Assembly (NCBI GenBank): GCA_038087875.1
Contig: CM075995.1
Span: forward strand, 11,100,001 to 11,164,000
DNA: 64,000 bases
Source of the DNA: Malacoraja senta
Taxonomy: Eukaryota
Direction of reading: 5' to 3'
The notes beneath the pieces were generated by a model that saw only the letters and a list, made by a program, of their open reading frames with translations, was not told the origin of the DNA and made no database searches. Below, in pieces: positions 39,820 to 52,275 of the stretch; position 1 is the first letter of the stretch; the number at the start of each line of letters is the position of its first letter. The position numbers were made by a program, and so were the translations under genes.

Positions 39820-42065
39820 TTGAAAAGTCCCTTCATCACACAATGTCCGTCCTAGCTCTCTGGAATGTTGTCCCGTCCAGAAGGCTTCCCCTCCCGCCGC
39901 CCCCGCCTAAACCCGTCCCCGTGCCCGGCTGCAGGACGCTCCCCCCCAGAGGGGAGCGTCCTGCAGCTGGCCACAGGACGGTTTCAGACGCTCCCCTCCC
40001 CCCACCGGCCACCATCTGAAGCCGTCCCCGTCCCAAGCTGCAGGATGCTCCCTACCGACCCCCATCCGGGGGGGGGAGCGGCAGCGACAGGCCACGGCAG
40101 CGACAGCCCCCATCAGGCCACCAGCCCCCGACAGGCCCCGCCTGAATCCGCCCTCGTCCGCAGCTGCAGGACGCTCCTCGTCGGCCCGCGCCTGAACCCG
40201 TCCCCGTCCCCAGCTGCAGGATGCTCCCCACCTGTCCCCGCCTGAACCCGGTGGGGAGCGGCAGCGACAGCCCCTGTCAAGCCACCAGCCCCCGATAGGC
40301 CCCGCCTGAAGCTGCCCCCCTCCCCCGGCTGCAGGACGCTCCCCGCCAGCCCCCGCTTGAAGCCGTCCCCGTACCCCACCTACAGAACGCTCCCGCTGGC
40401 CGACGCATGAACCTGTCCCCGTCCCCGTCCCCAGCTGCAAGACGACTCTCCCCCACCCCACCGGCCCCCGCCTGATGCTTACCTCCTCCCCCTGCTGCAG
40501 GACGCTTCCCCAGCCATGCTGACCACCGGCAGCCGACAGCCCCCCTCCGACACCTCCCGCAGGAAGCTGTCACCCAGCCGGCTGCTGGACACCCTCCTCC
40601 CCCACCGGCCCCGACAGCCCCGCCTCAAGCCGTCCACCTCCCCGGGCTACATACACGCCCCCCCCATGCCTGAAGCCGTCTCCATCCCCAGACGCTGCCC
40701 ATTTCCCAGTGGACCCCACCTGAAGCCGTCCCATCCCCAGCTGCAGAACGCTCCCCCCCATCGGCACCCGCCTGAAGCCGTCCCCATCACAAGCTGCAGG
40801 AAGCTCCCCACCCCACCGGCCCCCGTCTGAAGCCTTCCCCGTCCCCAGCTGCAGGACACTTCCCACCGCCCCACTACCCCACCGGCCCCTGCCTGAAGCC
40901 GTGCCCGTCCCCAGCTGCAGGATGCTCCCCACCGTTCCCCGCCTGAAACCTGTGAGAAACGGCAGCGGTAGGCCACGACAGCGACACGCCACGGCAGCAG
41001 TAAGCCACAACAGCGATTGGCCAGGGCAGCGGCAGCGGTAGGCCACGGCAACGGCAGGGGTAGGCAGTGCCAGCGGCAGGTCGCGGCAGCGATAGGCCGC
41101 GGAAGCGGTAGGCAGCATCAGCGGCAGGCCACGGCAGCGATAGGCCACGGCGGTGGTATGCCACGGCAGCGGCAGGCCAGGGTAGCGGCAACGGGTAGGC
41201 ACCGGCAGCGGTAGTCGACGGCTGCGCTCCGCCAACCCCACCGCCCCCCCACAGGCCCCGCCTGAAGCCGTCCCACGCCCCTGGCTGCAGGACGCACCCC
41301 GCAGCAGCCGTCCCCGTCTCCCGGCTACAGAACGCTCCTGCCGGCCCCCGCCTGAGGCCGTCCCTGTCCCCTCCCCCGGCTGCAGGACGCCCCCCCCCCG
41401 CCACCGGCACACGACAGCCATTGCCAGAAGCCGTCCCCTTCCCCCGGCTGCAGGACGCCCTCCCCACCACCCCACTGGCCGCTGACAGCTCCCGCCTGAA
41501 GTCACCCCCCTCCCCCGGCTGTAGGACGCTTCCCCCTCCACCAGCTGCAGGACGCTCCCGACAGTTCCTGCCTGAAGCCGTCCCAGTCCCCCGCCTGCAG
41601 GACGCTCTCCCCCACCCCACCGACCCCCGACAGCCACTGCCTGAAGCCGTGCCCCTCCACCGGCTGTAGGACGCCCCCCCGGCCTGCGACAGCGCCTTCC
41701 TGAAGTCGTCCCCCTGCTCCGCTGCAGGACGTTTTAACCCCAACGGCCCCCGCCTGAATCCGTCCCGTCCCCAGCTGCAGGATGCTCCCCCCCCCCACCA
41801 CCGGCCACAGCCTGAAGTTGTCCCCATCCCCAGCTGCACGATGTTCCATACCGGTCCGCGCCTGAAGCCGGTGGAGAGCGGCCACGGCTGCGGTAGGCAG
41901 CGGCAGCTGAAGGGGTAGGGAGGGGCAGCTGTAGGCCATGGCAGCGGCAGGGTTAGAGAGCGGTAGGCCACGGCAGCGTTAGACTACGGCAGTGGTAGGC
42001 CACGGCGGTGTTTCCCCCACCGGCCCCCGACAGGCCCCGCCTGAAGCCATCCCCGGCTGCAGAAC
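39820..42065. repeat. Continuation of the GC-rich minisatellite array, including ggcagcggtaggccac units
   Basis: Same units as 34930-36019. They explain the low-complexity spurious ORFs here. Confidence 0.9.
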
Positions 42066-42499
42066 GCAACAAGAGAGGCAACATGAAAGAATGGACTGAA
42101 TACATCTTATCTTTACTGTTTAAATTGTTGTTATATTTTCAGAGTTGTTCACATTTTAAGTTTTTACAAATCCCTTTTCCACATGCGTGCCCGTCAGCTG
42201 CGCCTGCGCAGTAATACCTGCGCGTTCTACGTCACAATGGGAACCAAATGGGCGGGAATGGCTGCGTCGTCGGAGAGCCGCTAAGAGTAGGTGGGAAGTT
42301 TACGGGGGGGGGGGGGGGGTTGAGGGGCGATGGAGTGAGTGCGTGGGGGGACGGACACGTGGCGGAGTGGGGGGAGGGGGAGGCGAGGAGGGGGTTCAGG
42401 GGCATCATAACGGGAACACGTCAGCCGTGTAATCCACGAGTGGTGGAATATTGCTTGGGGGACCAGGCCTCCCGTGTGAAGTACTTAGTCTAGTAGCTG

Positions 42500-42930
42500 T
42501 TAAATGTTGATATTATGACTGCCGTAACAGCTTCTTTTGGCAGATCATTCCATATACCCACCACCATCTGGGTGAGAAGCTTGCCCCTCAAGTTTCTATG
42601 AAATATTTCCACTCTCGCTTTAGGCCCTTTCGTTCATTGCCCATACGCTAGGGAAAATAGCCAGTTCATTCGTCTTATCTATTTCCATCATAATATTTCA
42701 TCATCACACTTCGGCGTACTTTTATACAACTTTTTGCCATCTGCATTGAGGGAATAAATCCTTGACTGCCCTAGCACTCCCGGAAGCTCAGGCCTTTGAC
42801 TTCTGGCCACATCCTCGGTATTCATCTCTGCATTCTTTCAAGCGGCGTGATATATTACGTATAGTATATGACCAAGACTAATTACAGTAATTCAAGAGCA
42901 ATCTCAGCAACGTCCTGTGTATCTAATGGG
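42500..42930 (-). mobile_element. Ancient CR1 relic
   Basis: Degenerate match to CR1 3' region (cattccatatacccaccaccatctgggtgagaag). Confidence 0.6.
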
Positions 42931-43188
42931 AATGATAGATGTTGAAGCTGATAAACAAAATTGGGACATAAAATGCTGGAGCAGCGCAGATTAGAGATTA
43001 GAGATTAGAGATTCCTTTATTTGTCATTCAGACCTTTCGGTCTGAACGAAATTTCGTTGCCTGCAGTCATCATATAATAATAAATAACAAAACACACAAT
43101 AAACACAAATTAACATCCACCATGGTGAGTTCACCAGGCACCTCCTCACTGTGATGGAGGCAAAAGTCTTAAAGTCTCTGTCTCTTCC

Positions 43189-45607
43189 TGTAGATGGTTT
43201 ATGCATGCAACCAATAATATAGCTACCTCAGTACCATTAACCACGCCTTAGTTATCAAGTATAAGAACTCTATCTGCCGTGTTCTCCTCCCTTGGTTCCA
43301 GCATGATGATAGACTGGGTGCAGTCAGTGCTGGAAAGTGTTTAACCTGTCTTATTATTAAACGTTAAGTAAAGCTACAAGTGAGTCAGACTCAGCTTCTT
43401 TACATGGTGTCAGAAGTGGGATACGAACCCACGCCTCCTGTATATTGTGTTATTTTTTAATTGAAAGTGTTGTCACCTGTGATGCCTCTCGTTTTAGTCT
43501 GGGTGCTGCTTGCCTGCAGCTCTACGGCGACGGCTCCCTGCTACCCGTCTCATATGCCTCTCGGTCCCATGACCGACACGGAGCAACGATATGCTCAGAT
43601 CGAGAAGGAGCTCCTGGCTGTGGTGTTTGCTTGTTCCAAATTCATAGACTTTCTCTTTGGCTGTAGATTCACAGTCGAGACCGACCACCAGCCACTGGTA
43701 ACAATTCTTAACAAACCCATACATGTTGCCCTTGCCAGATTACAACGTATGATGCTGCAACTCCAGCGTTTTGATTTTGAAATCACATACAAGAAGGGAA
43801 CGGAGATGTATGTTGCTGACACACTTTCTCGCGCCCCACAGGCATCCTGTGACCGCCACCCTTACGAGCAGGAAAACCTACTCGTACTTAATGTCAACTT
43901 TGTTCCAACCAAGCAGCTACAGTGCCTGATCGAGCACACCGCCGCGGACCCCGCACTGCAGCAGCTGGCTGCCATCATCAAGCGCGGGTGGCCCGTCAAA
44001 CGTACCAATTTGCCATCGGGCGCACAACCGTTCTTCCTGGTCCGCGACGAGCTGGTGATCCAGGATGGGGTTATCGTCAAAGGCCACAAAGTTGTGGTCC
44101 CAGCCTCTCTATACGATCTATACTACAACGCAGCCCACAGTGGTCATCCTGGAATCGAGGCCACTGTTTCTCATGCCCAAGGAGAGTTCTACTGGCCTGG
44201 CATGGCCAACTACATCAGAAACCGGGTGTCATCCTGTGCCTCCTGCAACAACCTTACCCCGCACCAGCAGCGTCAACCTCTTCTGCAGCAGCCGGCGCCA
44301 GCCATGCCTTGGACATCGCTGGCTGCTGACATATTCGAATGGCGGGTAAGCACTTTCTCGTCCTCGTGGACTCATTCTCCAATTGGTTCGAGATTGACCT
44401 CCTTCCGTCCACCGCCTCCGGGAGGGTCATCGCTAAGATGCGTCAGCACTTCGCGCCCACGGCGTCCCTGTCCGCTTACAAACCGACAATGGACCGCAAT
44501 TCACAAGTGCCGAGTTCAAAGCTTTCGCTGCAAGGTGGAACTTCCATCACTACACCAGCAGCCCGGAGTACCCTCAGAGTAACGGCCTGGCCGAACGGGC
44601 CGCGCGGAGAGCTAAGGGCCTGATGGAGCAGTCCCGCCTGTCAGACAGCGATTTTTACCTGGACTTACTCAACCTACGTAACATTTCACGGGACCCGCTT
44701 ATGGGTTCCCCTGCCCAACGTCTGATGTCCAGAGTGACAAGACCACCTATGCCCATCGCCCAGCAGTCCCTGATACCCAAAGTTTTCGATCCTACCACAG
44801 TCCAAAGACGGATCGATCATAAACATGAAGTTCAACGCGTTCCCACGACAGGTCCAGCCGCCCTCTGCTGCCTCTGCTACCCGGGCAGGTCGTTCGGATG
44901 CGGACCACCGCCGGCTATTCCCGCCTCGCGACGGTGACTGGCGTGGCCGATTCTCCAAGATCTTACCTGGTGGATTACGAAGGGACTACCTACCGACGAA
45001 GCCCTCAGCACCTGTTGGCCGTCAACGAGCCAAAGCCCCCTCCTGCTGCTCCATGCATGCCCCATTCCCCTCGCTTAGTGCGGTCTCCTGTTTCGTTGCC
45101 TCCTGGTCTTGGCCGGTCGCTTTCGCCTCCTGCACGTCCTGCACGTCCTCCCCCTCCTATCTTTCCCGCTCCTGCTGCATCTCCCCCTCCCTTGACTTTC
45201 CTGCCTGCCTCCGTTACGGCTTCTCTTCTTTCTGATGGGGGGTGGGGGGCGGGGGGGAGGTGCTGTACGTACGCGTTCGGTCGCATTGTTAAGCCGCCTG
45301 TCCGTTACGGCGACTTCGTCTAACTTCGCACGTTTATTGTAATAACACTATCCTGATTGACTCCATGTGCATTTGATTCTAAGGGGAAGGATGTAGTTGG
45401 TTTATGCATGCAACCCATAATATAGCTATCTCAGTACCACTAACCACGCCTTAGTTATCAAGTATAAGAAATCTATCTCCCGTGTGCTCCTCCCTTGGTT
45501 CCAGCATGATGATAGACTGGGTGCAGTCAGTGCTGGAAAGTGTTTAACCTGTATTGTTATTAAACGTTAAGTAAAGCTACAAGTGAGTCAGACTCAGCTT
45601 CTTTACA
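43189..45607 (+). mobile_element. Gypsy LTR retrotransposon C, internally deleted (LTR, PBS, RNase H, integrase, PPT, LTR)
   Basis: 216-bp LTRs at 43189-43404 and 45392-45607 (TG..CA; about 9 differences by eye). TSD cttcc/attcc. PPT aaggggaagga at 45381-45391. VVTCDAS..YAQIEKELLA, HSGH..CASC, VLVDSFS, SNGLAER. Confidence 0.95.
43405..43438 (+). promoter_or_regulatory. Extended PBS complementary to the tRNA-Leu 3' end
   Basis: TGGTGTCAGAAGTGGGATaCGAACCCACGCCTCC versus the tRNA-Leu(CAA/CAG) complement TGGTGTCAGAAGTGGGATTCGAACCCACGCCTCC. Confidence 0.92.
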
Positions 45608-46993
45608 ATTCCCTCTTTGTTCTTCCTCTGCGCTGAGGCGATCCAGGCTTCTCATGTTGTGACCCCGCCGGGTGATGGTAAGTCAGTCCCGCGGCTGAAT
45701 CCGTGCTCCGCGACGGGCCGGTTCAAACTCCGCGGCCCGGGGTGGCCGAAGCTGCCGCCCTCCAGTCCAGCGGACGCAGCTGTAGTTGCGGGAGCTCCAG
45801 AAAAACAGGTCACCCACCTGTGACCTGCGAGCTCCCGACAATGTCGTCTACCGGGCCCGCGGCCGAACCTCCGGATTCAGGTCGCCACCACTGTCCTCGG
45901 TCGCCACCGCCGGAACGCCACCGCAGCCCCGAAGCCGGCCAGCCCCGCGCTGGTAAGTCGTGGCTCTGCCTCCGGTGCCTCGAGGTCGGTCGGTCGCAGT
46001 TGGAGTTGGAGGCCGGCAGCTCCGCCATTAGGCATCAGCGCAGACGGAGGCAGAGAAGGGGGATACTACAAGAAAAAGTCGCATTCCCCCGAAGGAAGAG
46101 AGAAAAATCATATTTCACCCCCCACCCCACATATACACAACCCAATAAACTAAATTTTAACTAAAACAGGACAAAAGAAAACAACAACAAAAGTAAAAAC
46201 AGACGGACTGCAGGCGAGACGCTGCTGTTCAACAGCGCCGCCATTTCCGGAATTTACAACGGGATAGATAGTGCCCCTGGGTAAAAAGAATGGGTGACGT
46301 GTCGGGTAGTGACAGTTCTTCAGACTGACAGGGGATACTTGGTAGATTTTATAAATTCAGTACGCGCTAACTGATAAGTAATTGGCTTGATGGCAGGAAG
46401 CTTTTTTTTTAACGATTGTAAGACTATCGACGTGCATCGTGGGTAGGCGTTCGGCTCATTGTCGTTTTATCATCTTATCAACAATTGGAGGATCATGATT
46501 ATTACACTATTACATTATACGGCATGATTATTATATTTGCAGTTCACACTCAAAGTGGTGATGTCGAAGAAAGCGAAGTAGATTGTCCAGTAAGCAGTAG
46601 ATAATATTCTGCTGGGTAAGTTGTCCAATAAATGGCAAATTTACTTTAGTTCAAATAGGAGGGAGGTGTTGCATTTTGGGAAGTCAAAGGAGGTTAGAAC
46701 CTTCACTTCGCAGGGCAGTCACATGTTAAGTGCTGACGAAAAAAGGACCGAGGAATTCAAGTGAACCAATCCGTGAAAGTCACATTACATGTCACAGGAT
46801 GATGACGAAGGTATTTTTTTGCCAGTTAGCCATTTTCATTTTGGGCATTGAGAGAATTTGTGACGATTTGTCCCAGATTCTATTGCCGGCTAAGCAATGT
46901 TTTCTGAAAGCTCGACATAACATTCCTCCTTTTGCATTCTACTCTGAACTCTATAGGTCCTGTGATACTGCGTTTTACTTCTCGGTCTCATCG

Positions 46994-48132
46994 AAACATA
47001 GAAACATAGAAAAAATGTGCAGGAGGAGGCCATTCGGCCCTTCGAGCCAGCACCGTCATTCATTGTGATCATGGCTGATCATCCCCTATCAATAACCCGT
47101 GTCTGCCTTCTCCCCATATCCCTTGACTCCACTAGCCCCTAGAGCTCTATCTAACTCCCTCTTAAATCCACCCAGTAACTTGGCCTCCACAGCCCTCTGT
47201 AGCATGGAATTCCATAAATTCACAACTCTCTGGGTGAAAACGTTTTTTCTCACCTCAGTCTTAAATGACCTCCCCTTTATTCTAAGACAGTGGCCCCCTG
47301 GTTCTGGACTTGCCCAATATTGGGAATTTATTTCCTGCATCTAGCTTGTCAAGTCCTTTTATAATTTTATATATTCCTATAAGATAACCCCTCATCCTTT
47401 TATACTCCAGTGAATACAAGCCTAGCCTTTTTAATCTTTCCTCATATGACAGTCCCGCCATCCCAGGGATCAATCTCGTGAACCTACGCTGCACTGCCTC
47501 AATCACAAGGATGTCCTTCCTCAAATCAGCAGACCAAAACTGCACACAATACTCCAGATGTGGTCTCACCAGAGCCCTGTACAACTGCAGAAGAACCTCT
47601 TTACTCCAATACTGAAATCCTCTTGTTAAGAAGGTCAAAATTCCATTAGCTTTCTTCACTGCCTGCTGTACCCGTAAGCCAACTTTCAGTGACCGGTGCA
47701 CAAGAACGCCCAGGTCTCGCTGCACCTCCCCCTTACATAACCAAATCCCATTGAGATAATAATCTGCCCCCTTGCTTTTGCCGCCAAAGTGGATAACCTC
47801 ACATTTATCTATATTATACTGCATCTGCCACGCATCTGCCCACTCACTCAACCTGTCCAGGTCACCCTGCAACCTCCTAACATCCTCTTCACAGTTCACA
47901 CTGCCACCCAGCTTTGTGTCATCCGCAAACTTGCTAGTGTTGTCCTAATTCCCTCTTCCAAATCATTAATGTATATCGTAAACAGTTGCGGCCCCAACAC
48001 CGAGCCTCGCGGCACTCCACTCGCCACTGCCTCCGATTTTGTAAAGGACCCGTTCACTCCTACTCTTTGCTTCCGGTCAGCCAACCAATTTTCTATCCAT
48101 GTCAACACCCTACCCCCAATACCATGTGCTCT
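46994..48132 (-). mobile_element. 5'-truncated CR1 LINE
   Basis: GVPRGSVLGPQLFTIYINDL, LVRPHLEYCVQFWS; (ACATAGAA)n tail. Confidence 0.92.
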
Positions 48133-48204
48133 CTTAACATGCCGCTCTGCAATGTTGAGTTTAACTAGGCACAAAACCTTCTGTTCCATATCAGCTTTTC
48201 AAGT

Positions 48205-48362
48205 TGTGTAGGAAGGTACTGCAGATGCTGGTTGAAAACGAAGATAGACACTAAATGCTGGAGTAACTCCGACTGAAGAAGGGTTTCGACCAGAAACGTC
48301 ATCCATTCATTCTCTCCGGAGATGTTGCCTGCCCCTTAGTTACTCCAGCATTTTGTGTCTCT
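48205..48362. mobile_element. Inverted pair of Penelope pLTR fragments with a hammerhead core
   Basis: Minus piece 48205-48270 abuts a plus piece with CTGAAGA (48273-48279) and GAAACGTC. Confidence 0.7.
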
Positions 48363-48689
48363 CTTAATTTTTCAAGATGTTCGATATAGTCAACCTTATA
48401 CCTTCTTATAAGTTTTGGCAAAGTGTTATATATATAGAAGATATATAACAGAATGAATAATTAAAATAGGCGGAAAGGATTGTAGACTTACTCATAACTC
48501 GGCGCAATTGTCACCAAGCCCCCCCCCCCTCCCCCTCGCTTGATAGGAAGTATGTTGCGGCCCGAAAACTTTAGCATTTTCCGTTGCTAATTATTATTTT
48601 TTATAGAACAACAGTGGCGCCAGCAGTGTCTGCGGGTGCCTTGTTAACTTCCTCACTCGCTGAACATTAACTATCATGTTGGCGAGCCC

Positions 48690-48910
48690 AGAGCATTCTT
48701 GACAACCGTTTCGCCGAACACTTGCGCAATGTCCGCCAAGGCTACCTGGTGTACCCAGTCCCGAACCATTTTAAATCTCCTCACCATTCGAATATCTTTC
48801 CGTCCTAGCGTTCCTCCGTGGTCAAAGTGAGGCCACACGCAAACGAGCGCCTAATATTCCGCTTCGGTATCTCACAGCCAAACGGTGTGAACACCGAAAT
48901 TTCCTGCTTC
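48690..48910 (+). mobile_element. Degraded Penelope GIY-YIG fragment
   Basis: RFAEHLRNV..PVPNHFKSP..RLIFRFG..PNGVNTE. Confidence 0.7.
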
Positions 48911-50359
48911 AAGTTCCCCACCCCCCCCCCACAGCCACCCATTCCTTTCCCCCTAATACTAAACGCCGCTGGACAAAGATCACCCCATCAGCCGCACCAC
49001 GTGTGTCACATTCCACCTTTCTCACACTCATCTCTGAACCCCGAGTCCTACATATGTTTTCACACCTTTCACCTCCACTTGTAACTCCGCCTTTATGCCT
49101 ATGTCTAGCTTTAAACTTCAGTCATCTGCCGTCAATTTTGAAGGGCTATCTTCTGTGCTTTTACCTTTTAGTGCGTTCTTACTCCATGAGCCTTTCCTGT
49201 TAAATTATCTGCCACTGTCGCAATAAAATGTTCCATTAAGTCTGCAGCAGTTTAATCATCTCTCCGAGTGATGTCTCAAGTTATGGATCAGACTCTACTT
49301 CGGAAGTAGATATGTCTGTTTATTTCAGTTCAGTGATTGGTGGAAGGTGGAAGGAATACCACCCCCGCATGTTGCAAGCACCGGATTGTCTTCAAGTTCA
49401 CTTAATTGTACGTCCTTGTCGTCACGTTCTAGATCAACGTATCAAAGAGAATGGTAAAAATCATCGTCTTAATTTTAACATTCCTGGCTGTTATTCGGCC
49501 ATTCGTTGCAAGATTTGTTCAGATAAATGAAGAAGGTAAGACAATTAACTGTAGTCATTTTCGCAGTATCTTTATCAGAACACTGGAAAATAATTTCCAT
49601 TGCGTTTTACGAAATTAAGGTCATTGCCTGTTGTATGTGGTACCCAACCCCCATTATTTGCCCTCGTTCTACATTGTAGACGATCTAATTCGGTCTTCGT
49701 AATATTTGTTTAGCATCTATCGGTGACAGTACGTTTGGTGTATGACACGAACGTTAGTATTGTGATGATAGAGTCATCGAGATCTACAGGAGACAAATGT
49801 TCACGGCAGCCGAACGTATCCGCGTTGATCAATTTTCCCCACCAAAGCCTGTTCCATTTGCTCGAGTTTGCCGCATATCCCTTAAAACCTTTCTTATCTA
49901 TATGACTGTCCCAATGACTTCAGAATCATTGATATTGTACCTACCACTTCCTCTGATAGCCTGTTCCATATTTGCACCACAGTTTCTGCAATAAACATAC
50001 CCATCACGTTCCCTTCAATGACACCGTAAACCATAGCCAACAATTTCCAGCTTCCTCTACATTAAAAAAAAAGACGCTGTATATTGAACTTGTCGATGTG
50101 CTCCATGAATGTTTGAGTTCTACAATATGGCCCCTCCATCACCTTCGCACCAAACAACAAAGTTCTAGCCTGCACATCCTGGAAACTCTCTCTATAACAC
50201 AGCGAATCAGGCCACTGCAACACCCCAATAAATCCCCTCTGTCCTCTTTTCCGCTTTGTGGCCTATTTCTACACCAGATGGCCAAAACTGAGCACAATGC
50301 TTCAGCTGACGCCACGCTAACATATTGTACAAGTGTAAAATGGCATAAAATTCAATCAG

Positions 50360-51148
50360 ACAAAAATGCTGGAGAAACTCAGCGGGCGAGGCGGCATCTA
50401 AGGAGCGAAGGAAATAGGCAACGTTTCGGGTCGAAACGCTTCTTCAGACTGACGTGGGGGGGGGAGGGGCGGGGGGGAGAAGAAAGGAAGAGGAGGAGCC
50501 AGTGGGCTGACGGAGAGCTGAGAAGCGGAGGAGAAAGTAGGGACTATCTGAAATTAGAGAAGTCAATGTTCATACCGCTGGGGTGCAAACGGCCCAAGCC
50601 AAATATGAGGAGCTGCTCTTCCAATTTCCAGTGGGCCTCACTCTGGCCATAGAGGAGGCCCAGGACAAAAGGTCGGATTCGGAATGGGAGGGTGAATTGA
50701 AATCCTGAGCCACCGGGAGACCAGGTTGGTTATTGTGAACCGAGCGGAGGTGTTCGGCGAAGCGATCGCCAAGCCCACACTTGGTCTCACCGATGTAGAT
50801 CAGCTGACATCTAGAGCAATGGATGCAATAGATGAGGTTGGAGGAGGTGCAGGTGAAACTCTGCCGCACCTGCAAAGACTGCTTGGGTCCTTGAATGGAG
50901 TCAAGGAGGGAGGTAAAGCGACAAGTGTAGCATTTCTTGCGGTTGCAAGGGAAAGTGCCCGGAGAGGGGGTGGTTCGGGTGGGAAGGGACGAATTGCCCA
51001 GGGAGTTTCGGAGGGAGCGGTCTCTGCGGAAAGCAGACAGGCGAACGTTGCCTAATTCCTTCGCTACATGGATGCTGCCTCACCCGCTGGGTTTCGCGAG
51101 CAATTTTGTCTACCTTCGATTTTCCAGCAACTGCAGTTCCTTCTTAAA
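50360..51148 (-). mobile_element. Penelope-like insertion (GIY-YIG EN, pLTR, inverted pLTR)
   Basis: FTCTSSNLIYCIHCSRCQLIYIGET..RFAEH. Hammerhead core at 50420-50450. Inverted pLTR at 51045-51148. TSD cataaaattc(a/g)atcag, single in the paralogous empty site at ~23308-23323. Confidence 0.9.
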
Positions 51149-51177
51149 CATAAAATTCGATCAGCTGAGACAGTTGT

Positions 51178-51935
51178 TCATAATTATAATCATCAAATCA
51201 TAATGCACTTTATTAGCCAAGTATATTTTGCAACATGCGAGGAATTTCATTTGCCGTACAGTCATACCAATAAAAAACAACAGAACACACAAATACATTT
51301 TAACATAAACAACCACCACAGCGACTCCTCCATATTCCTCACTATGCTGGAAGGCGAAAAAAAGTTCAGTCTCTTCCCTTCTTTGTTCTCCCGCGGTCGG
51401 GGTCCTCGAGCCTTCCATTGACGGGACGATGTTAGCTCCCGTAGCCGGCGGTCGAGCCCTCCGCGTCGCGGCGATCATGCTCGCGCATCGCGTGGGAATC
51501 ACAGCTCCCCCGTGTCGGGCGATCTGACCCCGGGTCGGGGCTGGTCGAATCCGTTTGCGTCGTTTGGAGCTTCCCCACATCGGTTTCTACCAGAGACTGC
51601 GAGCTCCTCAATGGTGAAATCCGTAGCCCGCAGTTGGAGCGCCGATCCAAGGCAAGGGATCGCAGGCTACGTCGGTAAGTCCACCACCCCTCCAGTGAGG
51701 CTCAAAGTCAGTCTCGATCAAAGCCTCCCGCGGCATGATGCTAGGCCGCAGATTGACCGGAGATACGATCCAGAAAACAATCACATCTCCGGCAAAGTAA
51801 ATAATTGAAAAAGAGATCCCCCCGACCTCCTCCCCCAACCCCCACATAAAACAAACCAGAGACCATTGACACGTTTTTACAACACACTAAAAATAAAAAT
51901 AAAAACGAACAGACAGACAGACTGTTGGCGAGGCT
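51178..51935 (-). mobile_element. Non-coding Rex1-tailed element (paralog of 23340-24030)
   Basis: Collinear similarity, with some extra internal sequence. Confidence 0.65.
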
Positions 51936-52275
51936 GCAATCTCCCCCATCGACGAACTGTACACAGCCAGGGCCAGGAAGCGAGCGGGTATGATCATCTC
52001 TGACCCCCTCTCACCCTGGCCACACACACTTTCAAGTACTTCCCTCTGGGACGTGACTGCGGACGGTCAAAGCCGCCACAGCCAGACATTAAAATAGCAT
52101 TTTTCCACGTGCAGTAGTTGTACTCAACAGCCAAAAGTCTGTAGCCTCCTTTTGCTCTGGTATTTTATTTTATTCTTCACATGTTTATATTGTAACGTTT
52201 TATTTTTAATTGTCTACTGTATATCGTGTTGTTCACCTTACGAGCAAAGCACCAAGGCAAATTCCTTGTATGTAA
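51933..52275 (+). mobile_element. Rex1-type 3' fragment (paralog of 24034-24400)
   Basis: IDELYTARARKRAGMIISDP..HPGHT. Confidence 0.8.

Larger units (their letters stand above)
34480..42493 (+). mobile_element. Putative non-autonomous Helitron-like element carrying minisatellites and an L1 fragment
   Basis: Head TCTATCTAATTAAAACTCTC. It ends ACTTAGTCTAG|T (CTAG 42490-42493), matching ACTTGGTCTAG|T at 29162, but the subterminal hairpin is missing. No RepHel coding sequence seen. Confidence 0.5.
42987..46250 (-). mobile_element. Non-coding Rex1-tailed element (second subfamily) hosting Gypsy C and itself inside a Penelope pLTR piece
   Basis: (AATCTCT)n tail, hairpin at ~43118-43155, head ccggaaATGGCGGCGC. 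The flanks 42962-42985 and 46258-46327 join into a pLTR. Confidence 0.65.
49805..52275. repeat. Local duplication, copy 2, with an extra Penelope insertion
   Basis: Collinear with 22770-24400 once 50360-51148 is removed. Confidence 0.9.

Noticed and set aside
39836..41971. Long G/A/R/C-rich ORFs (355 and 365 aa) as genes
   Set aside because: They are stop-poor translations of a GC-rich minisatellite, open in many frames.
42494..42515. ERV RT resuming after the Helitron-like 3' end (STFNSY|VD)
   Set aside because: The flank is better explained as the start of an old CR1 relic and no further RT motifs follow.
49312..49545. Possible host exon ending at aag|gtaag
   Set aside because: No recognisable protein similarity, acceptor site or partner exons.
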